DNA of 64,000 bases from Octopus sinensis (lineage: Eukaryota): the NCBI RefSeq assembly GCF_006345805.1, contig NC_043005.1:89838001-89902000 (forward strand). The letters are read 5' to 3'. The notes under the pieces were generated by a model. The model saw only the letters and a list, made by a program, of their open reading frames with translations. It did not search any database and had not been told where the DNA came from. A program made the position numbers and the translations under genes. Of this stretch, positions 26,974 to 42,592 are shown one piece after another (the stretch's first letter is position 1; each line of letters opens with the position of its first letter).

Positions 26974-28633
26974 TGATGATGATAATACACACCGTTTTTA
27001 ATCGCTTTTCCTTCTTCTTTTGCAGAGTTGGTGGTAAGACATCATCAACAGCAGCAAATTCTAACTTTTTCCGTCGTTCGTTGTCAATCACTGCTTGCTG
27101 TAAAGAGAGAATTATTTCAATTAAAACAAAGACTGTTCATATTAGGGTTTCTTTCAATAAAGAACACATCTATATTTCGTTTGTGGTTTAAAATGAGACG
27201 ATTAATAAAAACCTGACTTTATACCAAATAAAAATGAGAATTAAATTAAAAACAGAAAACTAAAGATATTTCTTCAACAGATCTCAAATGACACATGAAG
27301 AGGTAAAAAAAACCCACATCAAGTTATTTCTTAAAACAGGGATTCAAGTAGGAGCACTAATCAACTGTTGAATGTTTCGTTAGTTTACAAAACTAGAAAA
27401 CTGTTTTGTTCAAAGGTCACAACAAATGGTGATGTTCAGGCTGAATATCAACCAGATGAATCTCTCGTCGGTTTAGAAGGGATTGCAAAGGTTATGGGCC
27501 TGCCTCTTTTTATTTGACTAAATTGTATTAAAATCAAGTAAGCTTTAGTGGAAAGTACTTTGGCAAACTCTTGGTAGCCTAATCGGTCTTGGATAATTCC
27601 GATATAGAGCTCCAAATTGATTGGTTGCATCAACATTACAAACAAGGCAACTAATTTGTTGGAGAGGAATTAACGTCACTAAATGACTGACACTGGTTTT
27701 ATCAATCTTTGATGGACAGAAGGGAAGGTCAATAAGGTCAATCCAATGAGGTTTATCATCATCAATCATCATCATCATCATCATCATCATTTCACATCCG
27801 TTTTTCTCGCTGGCATTGGTTGGACAGTTTGATAGGAGCTGCACCAGATTCCATTGTCCGTTTTGGCATGGTTTCTACAGATGGGTGCCCTTTCTAACGC
27901 CAACAACTTTACACAATGTACTGTGTGCCTTTTATGTGGCACCAGTGCTTCTTACGTGGCACTGTGACATGAATCCTTTTTATGTGGCACCAAAAAGAGT
28001 TGTTAAATTAATACGGAGGAGTTGCACTGCCATGTTTAATACTTACTGAATAAGTAATATTCTACAAATGTTAAACAGTCAGACTCTAAGAGGAGAGAGA
28101 GGGAGAAGGAGAGAGAGAGAGAGGGAGAGAAAGACAGAGAGAGAAAAAGAGAGAGAGAGATAGGAAGAGAGAGTGGATTATCCACAACACAAAAACCCTT
28201 TTAATAAATTAACACCAACAGTTTATAATACTAACTTATGTAGTTTTGAAACCTGATAAAACGAAAATCATTCGGTTTCAAATTCCAAAAGAAAGAAATT
28301 ACATATCTGTCATGTATTGGATCAAGATTCATATAATTTAAGGGCGGAGCCACCGGCAAATAAGATTGCATATCAGTGATAAAGTTCAATCAGGTAATTA
28401 GGAAAGTTATCAAGGGAGGTAACTGCGTTGAATCCTTTATCATAAGAAGCAAAGGGAGGTAAATAACATAGCTTTCCAAATTGAATTTAAATAAAAGTCA
28501 CTTTACAACTGGTCAACTAGATCAATAACACAAAATATATTGATTCCAATTACTTCTTTAATCAGTTATGACTTTTTTAAATATCCTTAGTCGATGCAAA
28601 AGAGAGGGTAATTTGGCCATTTCAAAAAAAGTT

Positions 28634-29077
28634 TGTCCCAATCGATATAAACGTATCTATCAAAACCTACCAAAAACTGAGCAAATATAAAGATCTTGAA
28701 ATAGAAATTAGCAAAATGTAGCACTTGAAGACTAAAACAATACCTGTTGTCATAGGTGCCCTGGGAATGATAGCAAAAGGGGCTGATTGCTACCTAGCTC
28801 AGATACTAGGAAACCCAAAACTGGCAGAAATTTAAAAGATTGTGCTCATGGTAACTGCTCATATCCTACACAAAATAATTTCTATGTAATCTTAAGTTTT
28901 AAAACAAGCATAAATTTCTCATGGTTTCTTAAACATTCACTAGTACAACACTAAGTACAAAACCAAATATATGGCACCCTAAGCATATCACCAACAGGAA
29001 CTTCCAACTTGTCTCTTGATGTCTCTGGGTGAGACTTGGAGCCAACTTGTACAGATGTAAAGCAAAAGTCAAACATA
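28634..29077 (+). mobile_element. R4/Dong-like non-LTR element, short 3' fragment
   Basis: Aligns to the last ~450 bp of 29220-30033. Ends in (TAA)n. Confidence 0.8.
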
Positions 29078-29101
29078 TAATAATAATAATAATAATAATA
29101 A

Positions 29102-30033
<932 letters not shown>

Positions 30034-30056
30034 GAATAATGATGATGATGATGATG

Positions 30057-30111
<55 letters not shown>

Positions 30112-30120
30112 TAACAATAA

Positions 30121-30395
30121 CATGGGTGGTTCGTTCAACCTCCTTAAACAACCCTTATTCAGGGACCTTTTGAGCGGGATGGGCTACTTGACCAGAAGAA
30201 AATTCTAACTGGGCCCCACCTGCAATGTCATGCGGTGTTTATCATGATATGAGATCACCATGTCGCACACATATGGTTGTGATGCATGGGCCTGGTGTAC
30301 CCTGATCATACTGGTAGTCATGATGGGTATACTGGGCTTTGTATATTTTACCCCGGTGTCACTTTGATGGCATGCACTGCTCTTCACTCAATAAT
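30121..30395 (+). repeat. Interspersed repeat family B copy
   Basis: Aligns to 14270-14580. Shows the intact sequence across the site where the 59681 LINE inserted. Confidence 0.7.
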
Positions 30396-30482
30396 AATAA
30401 TAATAACAGCAACAACAACAACAACAACAACAACATAGAAAAATACCTTAGGAATGAGAACCTAGGTTTGAAATTTCCCCAA

Positions 30483-30525
30483 GACATCTGATGAAGGCTG
30501 GACGGTATATCAGCCGAAACGTGTT
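30483..30525 (+). ncRNA. Degenerate hammerhead-like motif in a Penelope-type terminus
   Basis: CUGAUGA-A-GGCUG(10 nt)CAGCC-GAAAC. The triplet that follows is GUG, which is not cleavable. Confidence 0.45.
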
Positions 30526-30778
30526 AACAACAAACAAGTTGAGGACAAATATCTGTCAAATGTAAATAATGTAATTCTTTCTATCATAGGATTAAGTTCT
30601 GAAATTTGTTGGGCAGAGAGAAGTCGATTAGATCAACCCCAGTATTTCAAGATATTTTTATATACTTTTGGTAAATAATATCTGTTTAAATGAGATGTCA
30701 GTGTTATTCTCACTTTTGCGTAAATTAGACGACAATTCATTCACCGCACACTATATGTATATATCTGTATATATATGC

Positions 30779-31427
<649 letters not shown>

Positions 31428-31468
31428 TTTAACCTAAGATATTTTTACCTAACAGATTCTATATTTGG

Positions 31469-31620
31469 ATCTTTTCCTTTTGATGGACGGAATTTTCTAG
31501 TTAACTAAACAATTTGAAACTTCGTATACTGGTAGAATGTGTGTAGTAGAATTCTACCAGTATACGAAGTTTCAAATTGTTTAGTTAACTAGAAAATTCC
31601 GTCCATCAAAAGGAAAAGAT
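31469..31620. repeat. Perfect 70-bp hairpin with 12-nt loop, from the same foldback family as 18644-20169
   Basis: Arms 31469-31538 and 31551-31620 are exact reverse complements and match the 18.85-18.92 kb and 19.97-20.05 kb arms. Confidence 0.9.
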
Positions 31621-32031
31621 TCCTATATTTTAATCCATTAATAACAACCCACTATCTATGAAATCTGAATAATTTACTCTTCTAAATTACCTCTCTTCAT
31701 ATTATTAAATCACCTTCTACTAAACCTACGAATACCTTTCTTCTTTGATTTCTCCTTTTCCATTATTCCTAGTATATATTTTGACCCCTAATATATTCAC
31801 TTGATTAATAAGACTTTTTTTCCCCAGTTAATAAGTATTATGCCTACTCATAATAAGTGATAGTCTTTTCTCTAAATTGAATAAATTTTAGATCTATATT
31901 CTTAAAATTTAAATCCACATATTTGTCTATATATCTACCTTCTCTATAATGTTACCACTTGATATGAACATTATGTATTAATGGAAAACCTCTATTAATG
32001 GCTGATGAGTGCTCAGCATTTTAAAACTGTT

Positions 32032-32467
32032 GGTATCCGTAATAGGATTTCTTGCACGCTAGAAAGAACAGCTAAAATCCAAACCACTATTAGGGATAAA
32101 CTTCAAAGGGGATGAAAAATAAAAAAAATTATCATCTATCTCCTGGACCATGTTGCAGAATTTTTTTTAGCAAATTAAATAGCAAATTAGCGAAGTCTTC
32201 ATCAGCAGATACGGTGGATTTGAAAAATTATAATGCATAAGCACGGGGGACATGCTGGATTGCCTGGATGTTTAATCTAGGCGTACCTGCTGATGAAGAC
32301 TCTGCCTAGCAAATTATTTTATTAGCAAAAAAAAAAAGTCTGTAACCATGGTCCAGGAGATAGAAGGTAAATGTTTTTATTTTTCTTTCCCTTCGAAGTT
32401 TTCTCCTAATAGTGGTTTTGATTTTAGCTGTTCCTTCTAGTGTGCAAGGAATCCTATGCTGGATACC
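32032..32467. mobile_element. MITE/foldback-like element about 850 bp upstream of the paralog B ATG
   Basis: Imperfect inverted arms 32032-32213 and 32282-32467 (ggtatcc...ggatacc). Confidence 0.75.
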
Positions 32468-32706
32468 TCTTATGTGTTTAAATGTACAGTGTATTTATAT
32501 GAAGAATATATAGTCTACTGACAAATTTTTTTACATGCTAGGCCACTGGTAGTAAAAATTTCTAAATTTTTTATTACACTGATATTATTATTTACGTGTG
32601 TTTTTATTGGCTAAACTGGCAATATGACCATTCCGAAATATAACAATACCTGTTTCAACATACGACTTCACATAAAAAATCTTGCACAACAAATATTTAA
32701 ACGTAT

Positions 32707-32756
<50 letters not shown>

Positions 32757-33318
32757 TATATATATACATATATTTTACACAAATGCATATATCTGTGTGT
32801 ATATATATATATATATATGTGTGTGTGTACATGTATATATTTGCATATACATATATATATATATATATATATAATATATATATATTTAAATACACACACA
32901 CACACACACTCACAAACATATACACACACAAAGAAATTAATGCATTCTGTGCACTGCACACGTTCAAGTAGTGTAACAGACTTACTATAACTTTCATAAA
33001 CACACACATGCATACACACACACATATATATATACCCACACATACGTACACATACATACACATACACTATTTCTCTCTTTGTCTTTTTCCCTCCCCCTCT
33101 CACTCCCATTCAACACCCGATCATAAATAGTTGTCTTTCATTCACATTTCCCCCTCTTCCCCATACCATACTCCTACAGGTATTCTCACTCGCATACCTG
33201 ATACATATATGTATGTACGCATGCATGAAAGGAGATAGACATTCTTGCAAGCAGAGGCAAACACATTTAGAAATTGCTTGAAGCAGACGACACATTTGTT
33301 CTGAGAGGTTTGTTCACC

Positions 33319-33461
33319 ATGGACTACGAAGAAGTGATTGGGACAATTGGAGGATGTGGACTTTATCAGAAATTGACGCTAGCTTTCCTTTTCTCTGCAA
33401 CCATTATGGATGGTTTACAAATTGGAAGCATGATATTTATTGTACCTGACTTAGATTACAG
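33319..33461 (+). CDS. SLC22/organic cation transporter-like paralog B, coding exon 1
   Basis: caccATGg start context. MDYEEVIGTIGGCGLYQKLTLAFLFSATIMDGLQIGSMIFIVPDLDY(R), resembling the SLC22 N-terminal GxFGxYQ region. gtaagt donor, phase 2. Confidence 0.88.
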
Positions 33462-33579
33462 GTAAGTTTATAATAATGATTTCTTATTATTATTATGTAT
33501 TCCAGGTGGGTGGTTGAAATGGTGGTGCTTCAAGACAAAAATTCTTTGAAACAATTTTTTCCTTTGTTGTTTGGGGTTA

Positions 33580-35130
33580 AAAATCTTTCCATCGCTGTTT
33601 TTATTATTGCGTGCGGAACAGATCCATAAGCATTGGCAAGATCTAGCCAAACAATATACAGACTTTTCTTCATTTGTTTTGCACAGCTGATGGCTTCCCA
33701 GATGGAAAATGCGTGTTCTATGCACTTAGGGATTCCAGGGATTCCTGCTTTTTGAATCGCTTCATTAACGTACCCGTTATGCTGTACGAATCTTATGATT
33801 CGTCTAGCAATTATTCCGAACATGATTTTCCCGTCAGTATTTAGTAGTGAAATCGGTCTAAATTGGCCTAGTGTTTTTGCCTCTTTTTCTTTAGGTAGAT
33901 AGATACCTTCGGCTATACACCATCGCTCCGCTACATCTTTCTTCTTCCACATTTCTCTTATCAGTGCAAACAGCTGCAAGCGTAATTTTGGGCAATATTT
34001 ATATACCTTGTAGCTCACTCCATCGTTCCCTGGTGAACTTTTTGCTCTTGCTTTTCTGATGAACTCATCCATTTCTTTCCGTTTGATGTCACTCGAATCA
34101 AATGGTACCCTTGGTTCAGGTGGTTTCTTCAGTCCGTGCATTTCTGGGAGTACTTCATTTCTGTCAGAGTCGCTGTATGTCTCTTTCAGATGTTGTTCGA
34201 GCTCTTCTCTCGTGCAATCCAATTTTCCACTTTTACTTTCAGTAAATAGATGTTTCGCATATTGATAGGGATTGTTCACAACGCTACGATAGTTTTTTTC
34301 TCTCTCCTTTCTTCTGCTCCTCATTCTTTGTCTTCTTAGCAGATCTCGATGCCTCTTTTTTATCTCTTCATATAGCTGCTTTAGCCCTTCTCTTTCCTCC
34401 CCTTTTCATCCCTCCATCTGGTTCTGAATTTTTTCTTCTCTTCTCGAATCTTTGCGATCCGTCTTTCTCTCCTCGTTGATCCGCTTTTTGCCGTTGATTC
34501 TACCTTCCCTGTTGTTTCCAGTCCAAATCTTTTCTCTCCCTCCTGGTAGATTGTATTAGCCAGGTTTTCGAGCTTTTGTTCATCGTCGCCTTTGAATTTG
34601 GTGGCCATTCTTGCTACCTCGTCGTCAAATTTTTTATAACTCGCTGCATCATTTGCTTTCGGCCACTTAACCTTTGTCCTCTTCACACCTATCAGTCTTT
34701 TTGACTGTTCCAATTCAACTGTGGAATGAACCTTGCTATGGTTATTTTCCGGGGGTTCTGGCCACACGTCTTATGGTTTATCAACCCGCGTTGTTGAATT
34801 ACTTTCTTCTGGCACACCTTCCCTTGGTGGATTCTCAGCCCAAGGTAACTTAGCAAACACCTTTCCGCAGCAGCTGAACTCCTCATCTACCATTCCTATA
34901 CCGTTTCCTTTCTCATTGTCCTTTTCCGGTCCAAGTCCATTTCGTTTTTTCCGTCCCTATTTGATCCTTTATTGTTCACAAAGCTACGATAGTTTTTTTT
35001 CTCTCTCCTTTCTTCTGCTCCTCATTCTTTGTCCCGGGGTCCGGGATCATGGGGGCATGATTTCCCATGTTTTTTCGTTGCAATTTTACCCCGGATCGGT
35101 CTGCAAGCCCATTTGATCCTTCGTTACGCT
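33580..35130 (-). mobile_element. Hero/NeSL-like non-LTR element: N-terminal zinc finger and RT N-half, 3'-truncated
   Basis: CCGKVF..xLGLRIHQGKVC (frameshifted), KSSPGNDG, FRPISLLNTDGK, QKAGIPG..CIEH, WLDLANAYGSVPH. Confidence 0.8.
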
Positions 35131-35596
35131 GTCGTACTGTCAAGCGTCTCTCAGCTTTGTCATCCCTCTTTCTGGATTGTCAGCAAGTCTTTCCCTGCAG
35201 TCAGCATTGTAGCAGAAATATTTAGTCACTACATCCAATGTCACGATTGGCTAGAATAAAAAAATTCTTACCAATCGGGACACCGCTGAGAGCTGACCTC
35301 CTGCAGAGATTCTAGCTTTTGGAGCGGTCGCTCTGAACCGATTTTAGGCTAATAAAGCACCACATTTCAAGCACCTAAGGCAGAGCTTTTAGACAGAGCA
35401 CACACTGTGCTAAAAGCTGCCACACAGAGTGCTGGGAGAGCATGCACAGAGAACACTAAAGGAATGGTCTAGCTGAAGAGATGACCGGTTCACTTGACCG
35501 CTGAATAAATCTGGAGGCTACAAAATAATCCCAGGATTAATTCCAAGCAATGTGAATAAACTTGCATTAGATTTGAGAGAGTAATCTGAACACTAA

Positions 35597-35774
35597 AGAG
35601 TTAAAGTGTCAGAGAAAGGTGCCTTGTTGTACTTTTAGTTGTTTATGTTCTGAGATCAAATCCCAGAGGTCGACTTTACCTTTCATCCCTCCAGGGTCAA
35701 TAAAATAAAGCCCCACACAAATACTGGTGTCAATGGAATCGTCCAGTGCCCTTGCCACTCTGCCTAAATTAGCA

Positions 35775-35852
<78 letters not shown>

Positions 35853-36730
35853 TCTATTATTATTATCAGATGGTGGGAAATTGACAATTATTCATTTTAC
35901 AAGAGTAATAAGGAAAAAAAGGAAATCGTTTTGAGGATTTGGGGTCCATAACAGCAGCATGGTGTTTCACAGGTGAAGGGGGACACGGCTGAGCAGTAAA
36001 GACAACATGAAAACATGCTTTTCAATGTGAATTACAAGTTCAGCAATGAGATATACCCTATATACCCGATATACACGGAAGAAAAAGATTAAGACGAGAG
36101 AATATCATAAAACACTTGCTTGATCAAGTGCCAATAAGGTTTTCAATAAGTTGCCATGGTAACATTACTAAAATAGAAACAGACTCCAAGGACATTGGGG
36201 ATTTTGCTAATTTGGCCAGGGACCCAGGTACAGTTGGGTACATGAAAATTTGGTGTGAGATCTGGTAGAAGATTAAAGTGATAAGTACTCTGCCCCACCA
36301 TAGAGGGAATAAAATTTAGTATTTAGTATTTCTTGAATTTATTGCTACATTGCTAATTTATGACATTCCAATGACTTCTCACTTGGTACACATACACTCA
36401 TTGTCTAGTGTCTTCACTGTCTCGTTTTTATATTATTCTCTGCATGTTTTGTGACACTTTTATATGCATTTTATTTCTATGGGTGAATGGATTTTCATAG
36501 CAGTAATAGAGAAAGTACTATCATTGCTTTTACTGGATTTGAATTTAAGCCATTCATTTTCACTTTTTTTAACAACGGATTGCAATTTTATTGACATATT
36601 TTTACAGGAAGAAAAGAAAAAAAAGTACATTAAAAGCGTAAGATTATATTATCAAGGTAAAAAATCTCATAACTACTTCACTAAGGAAAGAAAAAGGTAG
36701 TGGAAGATTAAACAGCAGAAGATTGGGGTG
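35597..36730 (+). repeat. ~1.1-kb direct duplication, copy 1 (copy 2 at 47832-49010)
   Basis: Aligned by eye; offset 12,210 bp over the core. Confidence 0.95.
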
Positions 36731-37967
36731 GGGAGTAATGCGTTGTACACCTCCGACCAAATGGCATGTTCACCTACACCTCACAGATATTATTGCAAAG
36801 GCATTGCTGTGGGGAATGGCCATTGACACTCACTGCAACAGCCACCCTACCTTGCAGGGTTCATTCCTCAGACGGGACATAGTTATCCTGATTTTGCTGA
36901 GGAAATCTGCAGTATGGGGTCCAGGAATATATATGTATTGAGTAAGGTATTAGACATCTGTTTTAAATAACTTTGTATGTCTGGCCCCATATATGTTGTA
37001 ACCCCTATGTCAATAACGTTAATTGTATTGTTTGTACAAACCCCCACGCCTGATATATGATTCTGTGATTGGAATGACATCTTGGATGCATGCTTGGACA
37101 TTGTGGAATTCGTTATTATGATAGGGAGCGCAAAAGCCTTGCAAATCTGTTTTGAGGTTTCAAGCTGTCTGACAGGTACTGACTAGAAACAGTATTTTGC
37201 TGACCAGCACATAAGGATAGCATAGAGTGTCCACAATATAGAGTGGTCAGCTATTCAAACTACTAGGATTTCACTGCTTCTCATGTTTTGGTGGAAGGGA
37301 CACAATCTACTGGTCCGATGGTCCATCTACTATCAACACCCACTAGTTGGAAGACATGGATAATTAACAAAAGATATATAGACATGCGCTGTGGTTACAT
37401 TCTCCAGTAATTCTTTGATGGGGAACAGGTGGAGGTCATCATTTGGTTGATGTAATTTTGCCCAACTTTTCTCTGACAGAGTTGTAATCCTGGGTTGGGC
37501 AAAGACCAAGAAAGGGCATCTGGAATGTTGTTAAACACTCACTGCCCTCTATCAGTTGGGCAAAATAGTCTGCATTGCTAGTTTAACAGAGACTCTACAG
37601 ACATGGAAGTTCTATCAACTGGACCCGAACGAAATCAATAGAGAAGAGCAAAACTGTTCTTCGTGCACAAGTCAACCTTTTCTGAGTTGTGGTGTCATGT
37701 TGAAAACTTGTCGTCGTGAGATAGGTCCAACTATCAGCTGAGTCCATTGTGAAGATCACTCCTCCACCTACATTTAGCCGTGAAGAGCAGGAAGTTATCT
37801 GTATGTTGGTCATAGGGAAAGGGGTAGTGAGGTAGAGAGGACTGACTGGGCTGAAGACAGACATATTCCTCTATGGTCAAGTCCTTATCAGCTTTTGCTT
37901 GCTTCACTAGAAAAAGAAAAGATGAGTAGGAGAGAGAAAACACTGCCTCTGAGCAAATTTGTTGCAA

Positions 37968-40620
37968 AGTACACGTTTTATATTCAGTTTTGGACGCTGG
38001 TAGCTTGGAATTTTTCAGCATTAAGCTGCATAGTATAGTCCTCAGCCCATCTGTATATTGAGTCCAACTCCTGTTGCAAGTGTGCACCATCGCTGGGGTT
38101 CAGTATTTTCTGCGAGACATTCATATCGTCTGCGTAGGCTGGCAAGGGTGGCTATTCGGGTAGCTGATGGCATATCTGAGAGGGTCACTATGAAAAGCAG
38201 TTGTCACAAGACAGCGCCCTGTGGAACACCACTCACTATTTGTGTTTTCTTTGACGTGGCTCCATCGGCCACTACTGCCTGACTTCTATCGTCCAGAAAG
38301 TCATGTAAACACTCTCCAAGTTTTCCAGCTATCCCGAGATCATGAGGCTTGTAGCATATCATACCATGATCCACTTTATCAAATACTTTTGCAAAGGCAA
38401 GGTATATTATGTCCACATTTGAGTTGTTGAGTAACTGTCATAGTGCTGTAAGAGCTGGGTCAGGTAGCTCCTACCTGGTTTTTATCAAGGAATGCGATTA
38501 GTTTCCCTCTGACTATCCATTCCATGACTTTAGTGACGTGTGAAGTCAGCGAGAGAAGCCTATAGTTTTCAGCATCTGCTCTGCTTCCTCCTTTATGGAT
38601 TGGGCATATTATTCCCTCTTTCAGTTTGTTTGGCAGCCTGCCATTTGTGAGAAAGTTCTGGAAGAGAATCTGTAGTGGTTTCGTCAGGGCACGCTTACAC
38701 GATTTGAGGAGGATTGTTCAACCAGCAGTTGAGTTTGGATCCACCTCATTTATGGCTAGTATTATATCTTCGTCACTAATGTTGATATAATCCATCGTAA
38801 CTGCCTCGCTGGTTATAGATGAGGCAGCAAAGAAATCCATTGGTTCGTTCACTTGTCTGTGTTCTAACGGGGTGGTAAAGACACTTTAGAACTGGTCATT
38901 CAGTACCTCACTGATCTTCGTTGGACTATCTGTGAGGGAGCCATCCTTTTGGAAGTTGGGTCCTATTTTTCAGAGTACTGATGCTGTTTCTTTGGTATAA
39001 TGAAAGAAGACCTTTGGGTTTGACTTAATGTTTTTTATAACCCAGGCTTCTTTTTCCGCCCTCTCTCCCTCACATAGGATTGTTGCAGGCTTTTTTCAAT
39101 CTCCATCAGTGTTGTTTTTAGGTGGCACCTTTCACTACTTTTGGAATGTTGGTTGAAGTGATTTGTAACCTTCGTCCGTCATCTCATGAGGATCTTTTCC
39201 CTTGGAATCTTGTTCCTTTTTGTGTTGGCCTTGTGCTCTAGGATATATTTCTGGCATATGGTTTGCATAACAGACATGAAATATTCTAGTTTCATGCCAA
39301 CATCTGGTGTGGAGAGACATTTCAGCCAGTCCTGTCTGAAGATATCTTTTCGGATCGATTTCCAGTCTGCTTTGTGGAAGTTCAGATTGGAGCGATTTCG
39401 GGTGCTTCCTTTAGGTTGTATGTCTCTGGTTACTTTCGGCCCAAACATAGACAGCTCTATTATGTTGTGATCCGAAACTAATGTCGGCGTCGCTTTCACA
39501 TCATGAACGATGTCAATATTGTTTGTGAAGCAGAGATCCAAAATATTATTCGCCCTAGTTGGTCTGAGTACGACTTGTTGCATAAATAGGGCATTGGTGA
39601 GTTTTAGCAGGGGCTCCATTGTGCTTGTTTGCAATGAGTCATTCCTGAGAGCATGAGGCCTTCAGGTCATTTGACATTGGGGAAGTTGAAATCATCCATA
39701 AGAAATACGCTCACATGGTGTTCCAGTTTCATGAGGATTTCTTTAATTCTTGTGAGGCAATCTTCAAACTTGCCTATGTAGTTTGGAGCATCCGGTGGCG
39801 GATAAGTATTGCATATGACTATATCATGTTGTTTTATGTATAAAATTAGATTGTCACATACTGGATTTGAGTGTGACAGTAAGACCTGTGGTGTGTGATC
39901 TTCACGGATGTATACAGCAACCCCACCATAGCTCCTTTCCCTTCTGTCTGTTCGCAGTGTGGTATGTTTTGGTACGTGTACTTCTGCATTCTCTAAATCA
40001 GGGCTCAAATGAGTTTCTACAAGTGCTATACATAGGGCTTGATTGCATGCAGCAAGGTCTCTCAGGAAAAGAAATTTGCTATTGTTGTTGTGATTCAATA
40101 GGTCCCCAATATTTAGTAAAAATATTGGCGTAACAACTGTGCAGGCGTTAGAGGAGGCCATCCTGTGTTGATTGTGGTGGTCTAGCATAGTAGTGGGCAA
40201 GGTTTTTTGTTTGCGCTTGATGTAGCCAGGTCAGTTGCTGCACAATCTTTTGTGCCATGCACAAAAATGACTCTTGCTCAGCTGTTGCTTTGCGCATAAC
40301 ACTGAAGAGCGCACTGCATTTGTATGTTTTTCCTTTGGAGGCGATTGGTACCTTTACTCAGGGAAGTATTTCTCCTTAAGGCCCCTGTAGTTTTGACGGG
40401 TTCACGGGTGAACAAACCTGCAGTTTGTCTTTCCCATACCAACATTTGCCTTGCAGGTCCTTGACTTCACTTCAAATTTCTTCTCTCCTTTAGGGTTTCG
40501 GATTCCACTGGAGCTTCCATATTTGCACTTTCTGTTTTTTTGTTTGGTGGTTTTGGGTTTCGGTTTTAATTATTTTCATTTTTTCCTTTTCCTTTTTCTC
40601 ACTTCCTTCTTTATGTTTGT
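37968..40620 (-). mobile_element. CR1-like LINE: ORF1 remnant, APE endonuclease and RT, with 3' part missing
   Basis: ALVETHL, TDR..RSYGGVAVYI, DFNFP, PTRANNILDLCF (APE). FAKVFDKVDH and SGVPQG (RT). Frameshifted CCCH-like GKCWYGK/NCRFVHP near 40400. Confidence 0.88.
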
Positions 40621-40636
40621 GCCCGTGTTCTTCCCT

Positions 40637-40738
<102 letters not shown>

Positions 40739-40743
40739 TGTGA

Positions 40744-40774
<31 letters not shown>

Positions 40775-41041
40775 TGTATGTGTGTATGTGTATAAGTTCA
40801 GTAAAATTTAGATTGAGATGAATATGGTACTTAAGTTAAAGGCACCAGAATTTAGTATGGTATTATCCATATAATTCAAAGTGGGGTGATTATAATCAAA
40901 ATAAGCAAGAAGGATATCCAGAGGTGATGCAGTACGATCGTTTCGTGCGACTCCATTAAATTGAACAATGCAAACATTGCATCAATTTAAAATGTACCAT
41001 AATCATCTCAATCTAAATTTTACTGGACTTATACACACACA

Positions 41042-41114
<73 letters not shown>

Positions 41115-41416
41115 AAATTATAATTTAGGGTATCTAAGAGATACCCCCACGCTGGAAATAGCAGCCAAAACTTGACTCTAAAACCACGTTAAATGTTCAT
41201 ACAGCACCAAGACAGAAGACAAAGAGACAAAATAAACTAGCAAAACAATTACTGGATAATTCCAGATCAGCGTGGTGGTATCTCTTAGATACCCTAAATT
41301 ATAATTTTAATAATAATTATTTTCTTTGGAGGTTTTTATCCCCATGCTGGCCACCTGACAAGATCGATATTTAAATAACGATCTTATCCTTACTTATATA
41401 TATACATACACTTATA

Positions 41417-42592
41417 TCAGGTCATCCCATAAGTTCTGTCCGAATTTTGAATAAAGAAAACAAGTGATCAAATATTATGTTTAATTGGAATTTAATCATC
41501 AATGTACTTTCCCTGATTATCTATGACTTCCTTCCATCTATTCACGAGCTTTTTAATCCTATCAATGTAAAACTCTTTTGGTTTCAAAGCGACCTCCTCC
41601 TGGCTTGTGAAAGTTATGTCCCCAAATGATTCTGTAGACTACGAAACAAGTGGTAGTCTGAAGGAGGAAGGTCGGGAGAAAAAGGGGGATGAGGAATTTT
41701 TTCCCAACCAAGCTCTTCGATCTTCTGTGATGTGATTTTACAGTGTGGGGTTGCGCGTTGTTCTGATGAAACATAACTCCTTTTCGATTCACTAAAGCGG
41801 GTCTTTGTGTCTTCAAAGCTTGGTTCAAACGCTCTAATTGCTGACAGTAGACTTGAACATTGATTGTTGCATTAAGTGGTAACAATTCAAAGTGAACTAC
41901 TCCTTTGCAATACCACCAGATAGAGAGAAGAACTTTTTTCCCATGAAGTTCCTTTCTCAGTTGTGGTTGAGCCTTTTCCCTTTTACCAAGCCACTGTTTA
42001 CGACGTTTAACATTTCGATAGAAGATCCATTTATCATCACCAGTCACAAGTTTATCCAAAAAGGGTGAAATGAGTTCGAGAGAATGGAGAGAAGAGCAGA
42101 TGTCAACTTGGAATTGCAGTTGCTTTCGGACAATTCATGAGGCACCCATTTTCCAAGTTTAGGAACCTTTTCAAGTTGTTGAAGATGATGATGAATAGTT
42201 GTATGGCTTGAGCTAAGCTTTATTGCCAATTCCTCAACTGACAATGCAGGATTTTCTTCAAGTAATGTCTCAAGAATCTTATCATCAAACTCAAATGGAC
42301 ATCCTGTTCGATCTTCATCTTCAAGGCTGAAATCTCCACTTCTGAATTTTGCAAACCATCTTCTGCAAGTTCTTTCATTCAATCATTCTTTTCCATAAAC
42401 TGAGTGTATGTTTCGAGTCGCTTCTGCTGCAGTGTTTCATTTTTTGCACTCATAAAGCATTATGTGCCTTAAATGATCTTTGGATATTTCCATGTTAATC
42501 AAAGAAATTTTAATTCTATTCGACATTCTAAAATATTATTAAATTCCATTCAATTTTAAAAGGTAAAATAGGACAGAACTTATGGGATGACT

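Noticed and set aside
31621-31990. Second AT-rich stretch that reads as protein on the minus strand if TAA/TAG are Gln
   Set aside because: It needs a frameshift in a 7-A run and the codon periodicity is not clearly better in one frame. Worth including in the table-6 search but not supportable alone.
32190-32310. CTGATGAAG in both arms of the 32-kb palindrome as a hammerhead
   Set aside because: No stem II closure or GAAA follows.
33274-33318. N-terminal extension MLEADDTFVLRGLFT of paralog B
   Set aside because: It depends on a non-ATG start; the ATG at 33319 has good context and matches the usual SLC22 start.
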